Virus record (IMG/VR): IMGVR_UViG_3300021365_002389
Coordinates: 1-64,000 of that record
DNA length: 64,000 nt
Direction: 5' to 3' (one strand)
Origin: an uncultured virus (IMG/VR IMGVR_UViG_3300021365_002389)
Taxonomy: Duplodnaviria; Heunggongvirae; Uroviricota; Caudoviricetes
The notes under the pieces were generated by a model. The model saw only the letters and a list, made by a program, of their open reading frames with translations, was not told the origin of the DNA and did no database searches. Position numbers and translations under genes: made by a program. Below, piece after piece: positions 49,225 to 58,880 of this stretch; within the stretch, counting starts at the first letter, position 1; each line of letters begins with the position of its first letter.

Positions 49225-49645
49225 CTTTTTCCACGCTTTCTTTGGCCCATAAAATAGCGGGCTTCAAGTAATCATAAGTTTTTTCATACATCTCTTCCCA
49301 TTCCATCCATTTCAAGTATTCATGTTCTAATATCCCCGAATGTTCATTAGCCACCACTTTTCCAGGTTGACTTGTTTCAGCTAGATATACCTTAAGCTGA
49401 TCTACTATAATCGGTCTTTTTCCCCATTTAAAATCTAAGTCGGTGATACTTGATTCTTCTTCTGTTTCCCTTATGGCGGTCTCAAGAAATCCCTCGCCAC
49501 TTTCAACATGTCCTTTTGGAATATCATAGCCACCACGAGCCCACAAACCTAGAACTTTATATTCCTTATCAAAATTCTGAACTACAACAATGCCAGCGCC
49601 TGGGGATTGTGGTGCTGTTTCCCATGTCCATTTAAATCCTGCCAT
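49211..49645 (-). CDS. NUDIX hydrolase, Ap4A-hydrolase (NUDT2)-like
   Basis: Nudix box PKGHVESGEGFLETAIRETEEESSI; GAGIVV; EHEYLKW. Confidence 0.85.
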   Translation of the reverse strand: MAGFKWTWETAPQSPGAGIVVVQNFDKEYKVLGLWARGGYDIPKGHVESGEGFLETAIRETEEESSITDLDFKWGKRPIIVDQLKVYLAETSQPGKVVANEHSGILEHEYLKWMEWEEMYEKTYDYLKPAILWAKESVEKDESK

Positions 49646-49648
49646 TCA

Positions 49649-51631
49649 TTACCTCTTGAACCCACTTAGCGGATTGAGAGCATCGGTTGTTTTATATTTT
49701 TTCGTTACCTTTGTTCTTTTTGTTTTACACGCACCAACACGACGACCCCACCATAGTGTCTCTTTTCCCCACTCATACAGATCACCGTTATAGTTTTTGG
49801 CGTTGAATTCAATTTCGTTTTTATATTTTCTAAGTTTTGATTTTTTAGTAATAACGTCATGAATGTTATATTTGAAAGATTTTCTCATTGGATAAGTTAA
49901 GGTTGGATCAAGAACACCAACTTTTTGATAAATCATTAATTCATCCATAACATCTTGTTGCATCTCTACTTTGAGATACCTATTCATAAAGTCTAGTATT
50001 TCTAGATAATACTTTTCTTTATGTAAGCAAACATTTATCGCTGTGGCCTCTTCAAAATCCCAGCCAAAGTTTTCTCTAACTTCATCAATGATTCTTCCCC
50101 ATGGTTGAGTAGCCCCCAAAGAACCCTCTAAATTAACTATTGTTTGCCTTAATTCGTTTCCTAGAAAACTATGTGGATTATCATAACAGTATTTAAGGAG
50201 ATTTTCATAAAAGTCTTTATAAGAAACATTATGCTCAGACCTTAAAAACCTACTGATAAATTGTGTTAGCCCTAGATAATGTCCGGACATGACAACCCAT
50301 CTAAAATAATGCATGTTTTTGTAATCTTCAAATGTTAGTTTTTTATGACCAACAACCATCTTTTCTCTTTCAAGTTCATTATCACCTGATATATCATAAT
50401 GATTAAAAGCTTGAAAAGTACTAATTATTTCAAGTTCATATTCATCTATATAAGACTGCTTCCCAAAGGGTGTATTAGGTAAAGCTGTCATAGCATAAAT
50501 ACCAATGTAATTGTGTTGGTCTAATTCAATAACGTCAGATATCCCCTGAATAAATGTTTCAAGAGTTTCTTCTGGAAGTCCTAAAATCAGTTCAACATAG
50601 GCGGGGACTTTTGCCTCGTTATACATCTTAAGAAACTCGCCAAGTTTACCATCGTCCAGGTTTCTTCTCTTCACAGCCTTGAGAGTTTCAGGATTTCTGG
50701 ACTGTAACGCAACCGTAATTCCCTTGTCCATTCCAGAATCAGTAAAAAGTTTAGCAAGTTCTAAAACTTTATCTGCTTTATTTTTAGCCCAGTCGCATCT
50801 GTGCTTGTCTGGGAATCCTGTTTCTTCTTTCTTTTTGACAAAATACTTTGTTACCTCTAGGTGGTTTGGAAGTAAGCCAAAGTTTGAATCAGCATTATAA
50901 ACAAAGGCAACCTTATTATCAGACATCCAGTCAATTTCTTTATAGACCTTTTCTAAATCTTGCCACTTAACTCTTTGATAATATTTTGTTCCAATTTCAC
51001 AAAAAGTACACTGGTAAGGGCACCCTCTTGTTGTCTCTAAAGTAGCCTCTAAAACATAGGGACAATCTTTTGCTATTTCGTCAAACAACCCATTTAGATA
51101 AGGGGTTGGCATACCATTTATGTCCGGGATTCGATCTCTGCTAGGGGTAACGAAGGTTGTTAAGTCTTCGAGAGGAACGGAGCAACCAGCTACCGAAGTC
51201 CAATCTTGTTCCTCTTTTGGTTTTAAATTTTCTAAAAGTATGTCCTTGAAGGTAAACTCGCCCTCACCGTGAACAATAATATCAACATAAGGATTGTCTT
51301 GGAAAAATCCTTGACTACGGTCTTGGATCGGAGGATACCAACCTCCAAAAACTATCTTACAATCTGGCCACTTCTCTTTAATCTTTTTTGAAATGTCTCT
51401 GTTAAATTTCCAATTCCACACAAAACAACTGAAACCTATGACCGAAGGGTTTTCAATTTTATCTACAATTTCATCCATATCTTGTCGGTAATAAAACCAG
51501 CCATCAAGGTTGTAATTATTTGTTATCACCTCGTCCAATATACAATAAGACCAAATAAGACCCGTACTATAGGGAAGTTTCATCTGATTTGCTATAATAT
51601 CGTTTATTTCAAACAAGTAGACGTTTTTCAA
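49649..51631 (-). CDS. Cobalamin-binding radical SAM protein
   Basis: B12-binding region GFSCFVWN...IVFGG...DIIVHGEGE; CxxxCxxC in ETTRGCPYQCTFC; ADSNFG; ELILGLPEET. TTG start with GGGAG ribosome-binding site. Confidence 0.85.
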   Translation of the reverse strand: MKNVYLFEINDIIANQMKLPYSTGLIWSYCILDEVITNNYNLDGWFYYRQDMDEIVDKIENPSVIGFSCFVWNWKFNRDISKKIKEKWPDCKIVFGGWYPPIQDRSQGFFQDNPYVDIIVHGEGEFTFKDILLENLKPKEEQDWTSVAGCSVPLEDLTTFVTPSRDRIPDINGMPTPYLNGLFDEIAKDCPYVLEATLETTRGCPYQCTFCEIGTKYYQRVKWQDLEKVYKEIDWMSDNKVAFVYNADSNFGLLPNHLEVTKYFVKKKEETGFPDKHRCDWAKNKADKVLELAKLFTDSGMDKGITVALQSRNPETLKAVKRRNLDDGKLGEFLKMYNEAKVPAYVELILGLPEETLETFIQGISDVIELDQHNYIGIYAMTALPNTPFGKQSYIDEYELEIISTFQAFNHYDISGDNELEREKMVVGHKKLTFEDYKNMHYFRWVVMSGHYLGLTQFISRFLRSEHNVSYKDFYENLLKYCYDNPHSFLGNELRQTIVNLEGSLGATQPWGRIIDEVRENFGWDFEEATAINVCLHKEKYYLEILDFMNRYLKVEMQQDVMDELMIYQKVGVLDPTLTYPMRKSFKYNIHDVITKKSKLRKYKNEIEFNAKNYNGDLYEWGKETLWWGRRVGACKTKRTKVTKKYKTTDALNPLSGFKR

Positions 51632-51661
51632 TTTTTACTCCCAGACTTTTCCTATAACGTA

Positions 51662-51690
51662 ATTATACAGAAATTATTCTATTTTGTGAA
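51662..51690 (-). promoter_or_regulatory. Sigma70-type promoter upstream of the radical SAM gene
   Basis: - strand TTCACA-N17-TATAAT (5/6 and 6/6 matches to consensus); -35 lies in the last codons of the DegT-like gene. Confidence 0.65.
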
Positions 51691-52335
51691 AATCTCGTAC
51701 TCAGAAAGATCTTTATAAGCCCAGTTGCCACCAGTATCTTTATTTTCTAAACTAATATCTTCAAATAAAATAATTCCTCTTGCTGCCTGCTCAGGAGTCA
51801 TGTACATGTTCCATCCCAGCACCTTGTGATCGTCTTGTTCGTAAGGCACCTTGAGATTTCTACCTTCATATCGAGCTATCTTAAACCATTCGTAAGCATC
51901 TTTATTGTCAGTAAAGATCATACCCCCTTTTCCAATTTTCAATATCTTTCTGTGATGAAAAGAAACACACTGATAAGCTCCTGGTACATACATACCTTTT
52001 GTAAACCTAGTTGCACCATCATAGACTGGTGTTGGTTTTAACTGATATATACCAGACCACTCAAAGTCTTCAAATTTAACAGTACATCCTGCATGTTTTA
52101 TCATCCCAGGAACAGATAACCATGTCTTACTAGGAATAGTAATTTCCCCTTGAAAATCTAGATATTTTAAACAAAGAAACATTCCGTCTGTGCAATTATC
52201 AACAGATACCGCATACTTACTGCCAGCAAATTTAGCTAGCTTCTTTTCAAAAATGTCAACAATATCCCATGGGTCGTTGACTTTGTAGCCCTGATCTTCT
52301 AGTAATGGAATAACGCTACTTATTGGCTCAAACAT
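51679..52335 (-). CDS. Short DegT/DnrJ/EryC1/StrS-family PLP aminotransferase-like protein
   Basis: FEKKLAKFAGSKYAVSVDNCTDG, YDGA, CVSFHHRKILKIGKGGMIFTD, GWNMYMTPEQAARG; only 218 aa. Confidence 0.75.
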   Translation of the reverse strand: MFEPISSVIPLLEDQGYKVNDPWDIVDIFEKKLAKFAGSKYAVSVDNCTDGMFLCLKYLDFQGEITIPSKTWLSVPGMIKHAGCTVKFEDFEWSGIYQLKPTPVYDGATRFTKGMYVPGAYQCVSFHHRKILKIGKGGMIFTDNKDAYEWFKIARYEGRNLKVPYEQDDHKVLGWNMYMTPEQAARGIILFEDISLENKDTGGNWAYKDLSEYEIFTK

Positions 52336-52342
52336 TCACACC

Positions 52343-53011
52343 TCACTTTTCAAATAATCTGTAATAACTACCAACAACAAACTGAGTGCCTTTTTCCGCC
52401 GAAGATTTAGATTTTTCTGGGTTGTACTTACTGAATGGGAGAACTCTAAAGTCCATACTTACTCTAGTATCGTCTGTTTCATTTGGTTTATTGCCATGCA
52501 TACACTTGTTACCATTAAAAATAACAAATTGATTCTGTTTAAGACTTAGTGGAAAGAAGTCCCTAAGTCCAGGAACACTTTCTATCCACATCGCCTGAGT
52601 ATCTCTTGAATTTGTTAAAGCTATCTGAAAATTAATTTCCCACTCAGGGTGCATGTGGTTTTTATCGCTATCAAAATGCCACTCATGAACAGCCTTCTTG
52701 TGTGGTAAATGAACTCTAAATGATGGGAAGGCCTGATAACAAAAAGACTCTTTAAAATAAGGAGATACTATTTCTTTTATAAAACGTTCATACGCTTTTT
52801 TAAGCTCAAGATTTTTAGAATCATCATTTAGAACAGAATAAAATTCTTTATGATAATCAGTTTTAACTTCATTGTGAAACCCAAGCTCATAATCAGGGTA
52901 CATTTCGTTACGATGCTTGTGCAGTTTAGTTAAATCTGTTACATTGAATATCTTTCTTACTTCTTTGGCAAATGTATATCTTTCTGTATCATACTCTAAT
53001 ACTTTAACCAT
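52343..53011 (-). CDS. StrG-like 2OG-Fe(II) dioxygenase-fold protein
   Basis: YQAFPSFRVHLP, HFD (HxD), EINFQIALT, FNGNKCMHGN, TRVSMDFR. Confidence 0.7.
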   Translation of the reverse strand: MVKVLEYDTERYTFAKEVRKIFNVTDLTKLHKHRNEMYPDYELGFHNEVKTDYHKEFYSVLNDDSKNLELKKAYERFIKEIVSPYFKESFCYQAFPSFRVHLPHKKAVHEWHFDSDKNHMHPEWEINFQIALTNSRDTQAMWIESVPGLRDFFPLSLKQNQFVIFNGNKCMHGNKPNETDDTRVSMDFRVLPFSKYNPEKSKSSAEKGTQFVVGSYYRLFEK

Positions 53012-53885
53012 TGTCTTTCAATCCTCTCTTTATAATATCGTAAAAAAAGTCGTCTTGGATCATGTAATATTTTGCTGCCTCATAGTTTTCTTTTACATAC
53101 GGGAGCATATCATAATAATCTTGTTTGTCTAAGTTTTTAAGTATTTTTTTTAATTCTTCTGGGTGGTCAAATTGAAGTATACCCTTTGGGTTGAAAAAGT
53201 TTCCGATATTTTTTGGACCCCAGTAAATCGGTACGGTGCCGGTTATAGCACAGTCTAAAATTTTGTCAGTGAAATAAAACTCTTTTTGAACATTTTCAGT
53301 CGCAATCTGAAACATATAATCCTGTAAAGTTTCTAACTTATCATCAACAAAGTTTCCAACACCAGCGCCAAAATAATCGATATTATAGGATAGGTCCAAA
53401 TTAGGGATAATACTCTTAGCTATGATGTGTCTTAGCTTATGTCCAAAAAGTTGTGTCTTTAAAGAATACGGAAAAGATATAAGTTTACTTTTTTTATGAA
53501 CCTTGCAACCCTCGGTCCTAATAGCAGCGGTGTCTCCAGGACAAAAAACGTAATTTTTACCTCTTTTGATTAGGTCAATGTCAAACGTTAGAATTAAATC
53601 ATAATGATCTTCAAACTGAACTATAACATCATAAGCCCATGGTAACAATTCTCTTGGCTCTTGTATGATTGCAACCTTGTAAGTTGAATCAACTTCTGGT
53701 GCTAGATGTAATTGTTTGTCTGTGAAGATTGTTATTCCACTAAAAGGGTTTTGATTTCTAGTATACTCAACATAAGTTGGTTTTCTCCAAAATTCTTTTG
53801 GACAAGCTGCGGCCATGGCAGACTCGCTGAAACTATCCTGTAAAGCAGTTATATCGAACCTGTTTATTAGCTCTTTTTTTACCAT
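53004..53885 (-). CDS. GT10-like (alpha-1,3-fucosyltransferase motif) glycosyltransferase
   Basis: DKLETLQDYMFQIATENVQKEFYFTDKILDCAITGTVPIYWG matches the GT10 motif Y.F...EN....Y.TEK......G.vPIY.G. Confidence 0.75.
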   Translation of the reverse strand: MVKKELINRFDITALQDSFSESAMAAACPKEFWRKPTYVEYTRNQNPFSGITIFTDKQLHLAPEVDSTYKVAIIQEPRELLPWAYDVIVQFEDHYDLILTFDIDLIKRGKNYVFCPGDTAAIRTEGCKVHKKSKLISFPYSLKTQLFGHKLRHIIAKSIIPNLDLSYNIDYFGAGVGNFVDDKLETLQDYMFQIATENVQKEFYFTDKILDCAITGTVPIYWGPKNIGNFFNPKGILQFDHPEELKKILKNLDKQDYYDMLPYVKENYEAAKYYMIQDDFFYDIIKRGLKDNG

Positions 53886-54829
53886 ATGAAATTATCTTTG
53901 TACCAATTTGTTATACTGTCTATTTCTTCGTCAAAGTTTTTCTCTGGACTCCATCCAAGGTCTTTAATTTTAGAGTCATCAAGAGCGTACCTTAGATCTT
54001 GACCAACCCTAGAATAAGAATAATCAACATACTTTTCCCAGTTCTCATCAGTTTTGTGAAAAGCTTTAATTATTTTACGAACTGTCTCTTTGTTCTGTTG
54101 CTCAAAGTCACCAGCAATATTGTATATTTCATTCGTTTTACCCTTTTCTATAAGAGTTAATATTGCATTCGCTGTATCATCAGCATGTAACCAATTTCTT
54201 GTGGGAGTGCCATTATTATGAAGCCTTATTTTTCTACCCCTTAAAAGATTCTTTACACAGAGGGGTATTAATTTTTCTGGATATTGTCTGATCCCATAAT
54301 TGTTTGTAGGCCTTGCTATCATATACTCAATACCATATGTTCTAGACCAAGCCAACACTAACATGTCAGCCGACGCTTTCGCCGCTGAATATGGATTACT
54401 AGGGTGTAACAAATCTTTTTCTGTATGACTACCCTCTATTATATCCCCATAAACTTCGTCTGTACTTATGTGTAAGAAAACAGGGCGGTTGCCACAATTC
54501 TTAGGTTTGTTTCTCACTAAATCAAGTAAATTTTTTGTCCCTAAGATATTCGTATTTATAAATTCATCACTATCAATAATACTGTTTCCAACGTGTGACT
54601 CAGCAGCAAAATTAACAACGTAGTCACAATCATACAACAGGTTCATATCTTTGATATCAACTTGCTCAAATCTAAAGTTTTCATACTTTTGAAATTCTTT
54701 TAAAATCTTAGTATTTGCGGCATACGTTAACTTATCAACGCCAAAGACCATCCAACCTTTGTCTAGTGCTTTTTTAACAAAATAAGATGGAATAAAACCT
54801 AGGCACCCTGTAACATAGAGTATTTTCAT
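53879..54829 (-). CDS. rfbB: dTDP-glucose 4,6-dehydratase (RmlB-like)
   Basis: DKLTYAAN, FAAESHV, HISTDEVYG, PSNPYSAAKAS, NNYGIRQYPEKLIP, GQDLRYALD. Confidence 0.85.
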   Translation of the reverse strand: MKILYVTGCLGFIPSYFVKKALDKGWMVFGVDKLTYAANTKILKEFQKYENFRFEQVDIKDMNLLYDCDYVVNFAAESHVGNSIIDSDEFINTNILGTKNLLDLVRNKPKNCGNRPVFLHISTDEVYGDIIEGSHTEKDLLHPSNPYSAAKASADMLVLAWSRTYGIEYMIARPTNNYGIRQYPEKLIPLCVKNLLRGRKIRLHNNGTPTRNWLHADDTANAILTLIEKGKTNEIYNIAGDFEQQNKETVRKIIKAFHKTDENWEKYVDYSYSRVGQDLRYALDDSKIKDLGWSPEKNFDEEIDSITNWYKDNFIW

Positions 54830-56202
54830 CTCTCTATACCACGATCCTTAAAAAAGTCATCCAAAACTTCCTCGATATAAGCAAGCTTTTCTTCAGTGAG
54901 TCCGATATATGTTCCCAAGAAAAAAGTGTTCTTTGTAACAACATCAGCGTTCGGGAACCTTGTAACAAGATCGCCATAATCTTTGCCATACTTTTCTGCA
55001 TACTCCCTATACGCTGGATGATAGAGACAATTACCCGTAAAATAGGATCTTGTTTGAACTTTATTTTCTTCGAAGTGAGATACAAGTTCTTGTTTCTCAA
55101 AAACATCGTTGTCTTTTACCGTTAGCGCATATCCAAACCAGCATGGGTCTGCTTTTTTTGTTGCTTTTGGCAGCATAAAAAAATCTTCATATTTCGAAAA
55201 AGATTCTTCCATCCGTTTAAAGTTCTTTCTACGAGCAGCGTCCATTTCAGGTAATTTATCAAGCTGATGTAGTCCCATGGCTGCTTGAAGATCTAACGGC
55301 TTGGTGTTGAAGCCAATCTCATCAAATACATACCTGTGATCATAGCAAATTTTGTTTTTCCCATCACTCAACCACTCTTGGAATCTATCGCCACAGGCGG
55401 TTCCAGAAGTAACATCCCCTGGCTTTCTTTCATTACAGTAACAAGCACGACCCCAATCTCTAATACTAGCTAAAACTTTTCTGACCCTGAGATTTGAGGT
55501 CGCTGCAAAGCCACCTTCACCTGTTGTCATGTGGTGTGCCGGAAAAAAAGAACAAGTCGATATCAGACCAAAGGATCCTAACTTTTTACCATCATAAAAT
55601 GATCCCAGTGCATCGCAGCTATCCTCTAAAAAATTAAGCTTATACTTCTCAACCAGCGACATTACCCGATCCATATCAGGTGGATTACCTAAAACATGAG
55701 CAAAAGTTATCGCTCTAATATTAGGGTCTTTTTCAAGTTCAGCCTCAACTTCATCAAGATTAAGATTCATACTAGGAAGATCTACATCAACAAACACTGG
55801 TTCATATCCAGCCTGTATGAGTGGGTTAATAGTAGTTGGAAAGCACACAACTGGTGTTATAAACTTAGACCCAGGTGGCATGTGGTACTTTCTCATGGCC
55901 ATCGACTTACTCTTAAACACATTCGCCATCAAAAGATTAGCGGAACTGCCTGAGTTTGTTAGTACGCCATACTTCTGACCAAGGTGCTGAGGGAAAACAT
56001 TCTCAAAGTGCCTGCCTTGTTTGCCAAAAATCAACCATTCGCTCAATAAAATCTTAATAGCCGAAGTATATTCATCAGAACTATAATAAGGTCCCGAATA
56101 ATTTACCCAGTCCTCTCCTTTAACCCATTTATCATTTTCTCTTCTTTCGTTGATGTACTCAGTTACTAACTCAAGAATCTGATCTACTTTATCGTTTGAC
56201 AC
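54826..56202 (-). CDS. rfbH: NDP-4-keto-6-deoxyglucose 3-dehydratase (E1, RfbH/DdhC-like)
   Basis: TNSGSSANL, FAHVLGNP, EDSCDALGS, SFFPAHHMTTGEGG (His in place of the PLP Lys), Fe-S motif DWGRACYC...TACGDRF, YDHRY. Confidence 0.85.
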   Translation of the reverse strand: MSNDKVDQILELVTEYINERRENDKWVKGEDWVNYSGPYYSSDEYTSAIKILLSEWLIFGKQGRHFENVFPQHLGQKYGVLTNSGSSANLLMANVFKSKSMAMRKYHMPPGSKFITPVVCFPTTINPLIQAGYEPVFVDVDLPSMNLNLDEVEAELEKDPNIRAITFAHVLGNPPDMDRVMSLVEKYKLNFLEDSCDALGSFYDGKKLGSFGLISTCSFFPAHHMTTGEGGFAATSNLRVRKVLASIRDWGRACYCNERKPGDVTSGTACGDRFQEWLSDGKNKICYDHRYVFDEIGFNTKPLDLQAAMGLHQLDKLPEMDAARRKNFKRMEESFSKYEDFFMLPKATKKADPCWFGYALTVKDNDVFEKQELVSHFEENKVQTRSYFTGNCLYHPAYREYAEKYGKDYGDLVTRFPNADVVTKNTFFLGTYIGLTEEKLAYIEEVLDDFFKDRGIER

Positions 56203-56205
56203 TTT

Positions 56206-57054
56206 TTACTTCTCCATCGAATAAATTTCAGATATAGCTTCCCTCAACCCTGAAAAGAGGTTGTCGGGAAACGTCTTAGTACACAGCTTCCAGTCACCAG
56301 TATATCCGTTAGTGGTAATTTCGTTTAGTTTTAAATTTTTGTTAGGCTTGCCCATAACTTCCTCAAGATAATCTGATATTTCTTTGATAGTTAACTTTTC
56401 CTCATAAACCAAATTAATGTCTCTGGGTAAATTGTTTTTCTTGTAGTTATCCATATAATATTCAATTGCCCTACAGACATCCTTATCATAGAAAAAATCC
56501 ATGGTTTTTCTACCTTCGATAAAAGTTTCTGACTGTTCCTCTATACCTTTCGATAAAATCTTAAGTAGCCTGTTTTCTTCTTCGTCTTTGCCAAAGCAAC
56601 CAAAAAGTCTAAAGTTATAAATATTAGTTTTATGTTTTATAATTTTTCTGGCTATCATATTTTTTGATAGTCCGTAAAAATCCTCTGGCATAGAATCAAA
56701 TATTCGATCTTCCTTGAAACAGTTTATATGATTTTTTCTATCAAACTCAGCACCGGAAGCAAAATGAATCATCATTGAAAATCTGTGTTTATTTTCAAAT
56801 AAATTTTCAAACATTTTTATATTTGCCACATAGTCAGAGAAGCTATCATAGTTACCTCTACGACCACCTTTTACAGCCGTGTGAATTACGAAGTCAACTT
56901 TGTTTTGTCTAAACCAGTCAGTGACTTGTCCCTTATTAGTAACATCAAGATCTTGCCTTGTCAAGGAAAAAACTTCATGACCTTTGTTAGAAAAATACTC
57001 ACTTACAGATTTACCAAGGAAACCTGATGCTCCCGTAACTAATATTTTGCTCAT
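56206..57054 (-). CDS. NAD-dependent sugar epimerase/reductase (extended SDR)
   Basis: ILVTGASGFLG, SGAEFD, YGLSK, RLFGCFG. Confidence 0.85.
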   Translation of the reverse strand: MSKILVTGASGFLGKSVSEYFSNKGHEVFSLTRQDLDVTNKGQVTDWFRQNKVDFVIHTAVKGGRRGNYDSFSDYVANIKMFENLFENKHRFSMMIHFASGAEFDRKNHINCFKEDRIFDSMPEDFYGLSKNMIARKIIKHKTNIYNFRLFGCFGKDEEENRLLKILSKGIEEQSETFIEGRKTMDFFYDKDVCRAIEYYMDNYKKNNLPRDINLVYEEKLTIKEISDYLEEVMGKPNKNLKLNEITTNGYTGDWKLCTKTFPDNLFSGLREAISEIYSMEK

Positions 57055-57527
57055 CTTTTTAAATTAAGGTAGCTTGGTTTTCCATCAAACAGGAAAGTGT
57101 CAACTACTTTCTCCAATTCCGCTTCGTCAATTGGCCAGTAACTTGCAATGTTACTAAAATTAGCCATAGTTTTTTTATCATCTTCAGCCCAGTGAGAGAA
57201 CCCAAGGTACCCATAATCTTTATCACGACCACCACCCATTAACTTAACTGGTATTTTTTCATGGTTAATATAATTTCGAATAAACTCATATGGTCTATAA
57301 AGAACAAATGGAGTTATTGAGTAAACAAGTGGTATATATCCGTCTGTTGCAAGACCACAAGCAGCAGCAACCATCAATTGCTCAGATGATCCAAAATCTT
57401 GGAATCTATCCGGGAAATCAATCTTTATTCTGTCCCACAAACCATATCCAAGGTCACCTGTCAGTAAAAAAAGCCTCTCATCTTTCCCCATTTTGTCATG
57501 TAATATACTACTAAACTTTTTTCTCAT
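57051..57527 (-). CDS. Transketolase pyrimidine-binding subunit (lacks the C-terminal domain)
   Basis: LTGDLGYG, FGSSEQLMVAAACGLA, YSITPF...RPYEFIR, GFSHWAEDD. Confidence 0.85.
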   Translation of the reverse strand: MRKKFSSILHDKMGKDERLFLLTGDLGYGLWDRIKIDFPDRFQDFGSSEQLMVAAACGLATDGYIPLVYSITPFVLYRPYEFIRNYINHEKIPVKLMGGGRDKDYGYLGFSHWAEDDKKTMANFSNIASYWPIDEAELEKVVDTFLFDGKPSYLNLKR

Positions 57528-58167
57528 TCAGTTCCTTTAGTGCTAAATTGTAATCATTTTCACTCATTATATGATAGTGTGCGTTCAAGCCTTTTAAGAA
57601 GGAAAATTCGTTAACTTTTGTGTATCTGATATTTATATCCGGCAAAAAACATTGCAGTCTTTTAACCAGATAGTCTGAATCAACCGCATCGTAGGCAGAA
57701 TATCCATTTACTGAAACATATACTTGGATATTTTTAAGGTTGTTTTCGTATATAAATTTAAGACTTTCCCAGATAGACCCCTCGGCGCACTCGCCGTCGC
57801 TTATCAAGCAATATACTTTTCTATTCTTGTTTGCAAGTGCTTTACCGACAGCAAAAGGGAGACCCATTCCTAAACTACCAGTGGAACAATGTATACCATC
57901 TTTGACATTTCGATGAGGGTGTCCACCATGCTTCTTAAATAATTTAGATGCGTCTGCATTCTCATATTTTTCCAAAACAGCATACAAAGCTAACGCCGCA
58001 TGTCCACAAGATAAGATAAAAATATCCTCCTTATTTTTGTTAGAGTATATTTCATCCACAACTGGAAGGCAAGAAAAATAACTGCCAAGATGTGACAGTC
58101 GGTTATCATATGCAATTTGAACAATTCTTTTTTTGGTGTCTAGTAGATGTTCCACTTTTCTCTCCAA
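57511..58167 (-). CDS. Transketolase N-terminal ThDP-binding subunit
   Basis: SHLGSYFS, FILSCGHA, STGSLGMGL, LISDGECAEGSIWE...N. Confidence 0.85.
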   Translation of the reverse strand: MERKVEHLLDTKKRIVQIAYDNRLSHLGSYFSCLPVVDEIYSNKNKEDIFILSCGHAALALYAVLEKYENADASKLFKKHGGHPHRNVKDGIHCSTGSLGMGLPFAVGKALANKNRKVYCLISDGECAEGSIWESLKFIYENNLKNIQVYVSVNGYSAYDAVDSDYLVKRLQCFLPDINIRYTKVNEFSFLKGLNAHYHIMSENDYNLALKELNEKKV

Positions 58168-58880
58168 TAAGATTGTATCAGACTATCGTAATTTATTTTA
58201 GACTTGTGCATACCCCAAGTAGCTTGTTCCTCATGCCAGCGATAATTGTAACCTATCCAACTAGGGACTGGTAAAATATAGTGTCCACTGTCAGCTAAAC
58301 CACAGTATAAATCATAGTCAGCCGCACCACTATACTTTTCTGGGTTTGTTTTTATCAATCCTTGATCATAAATCTCTCGTTTGTAAAAAACCGTTGGACT
58401 CGTCACCGGGCATTTGCTGACAGCTAAATTTTTAAACTCTTGAACCCCATCATAACGGTGCCCCACTCTGTTAATCTCTCTACCACTTACGTCAACACCC
58501 CTTATGGGACTCTGTATTAATGAAACTTTATCTTTTAACTGGTCCATGATTTGAACACACTTTTCTATGTATTCTAAACTGTAATAGTCATCAGAGCATA
58601 GGGTTGTTATGTAATCACCCGTGCATATTTTCAAACCCTCTTCCCTGGCCTCATCCCAACAAAAAGGATATATGTTTTTTGCGGTGGAGTAAACAACCCG
58701 TTTATTATCTGATGAGTAGGATTTTAAAATATCTAAAGTTGCATCGCTACTCTCATTATCAACAGCAACTATCTCAATATTTTCATAGGTTTGACTGAGA
58801 ACAGAACCAATAGCCTCTTTAATATAATTTTCTGCATTGTAACAAGGGATTATAACAGACACTTTTGCAGTCATGTCCAA
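58140..58880 (-). CDS. GT2-family glycosyltransferase
   Basis: VSVIIPCYNAENYI, VDNESSD, GDYITTLCSDD, ADYDL, YRWH. Confidence 0.9.
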   Translation of the reverse strand: MDMTAKVSVIIPCYNAENYIKEAIGSVLSQTYENIEIVAVDNESSDATLDILKSYSSDNKRVVYSTAKNIYPFCWDEAREEGLKICTGDYITTLCSDDYYSLEYIEKCVQIMDQLKDKVSLIQSPIRGVDVSGREINRVGHRYDGVQEFKNLAVSKCPVTSPTVFYKREIYDQGLIKTNPEKYSGAADYDLYCGLADSGHYILPVPSWIGYNYRWHEEQATWGMHKSKINYDSLIQSYWREKWNIY

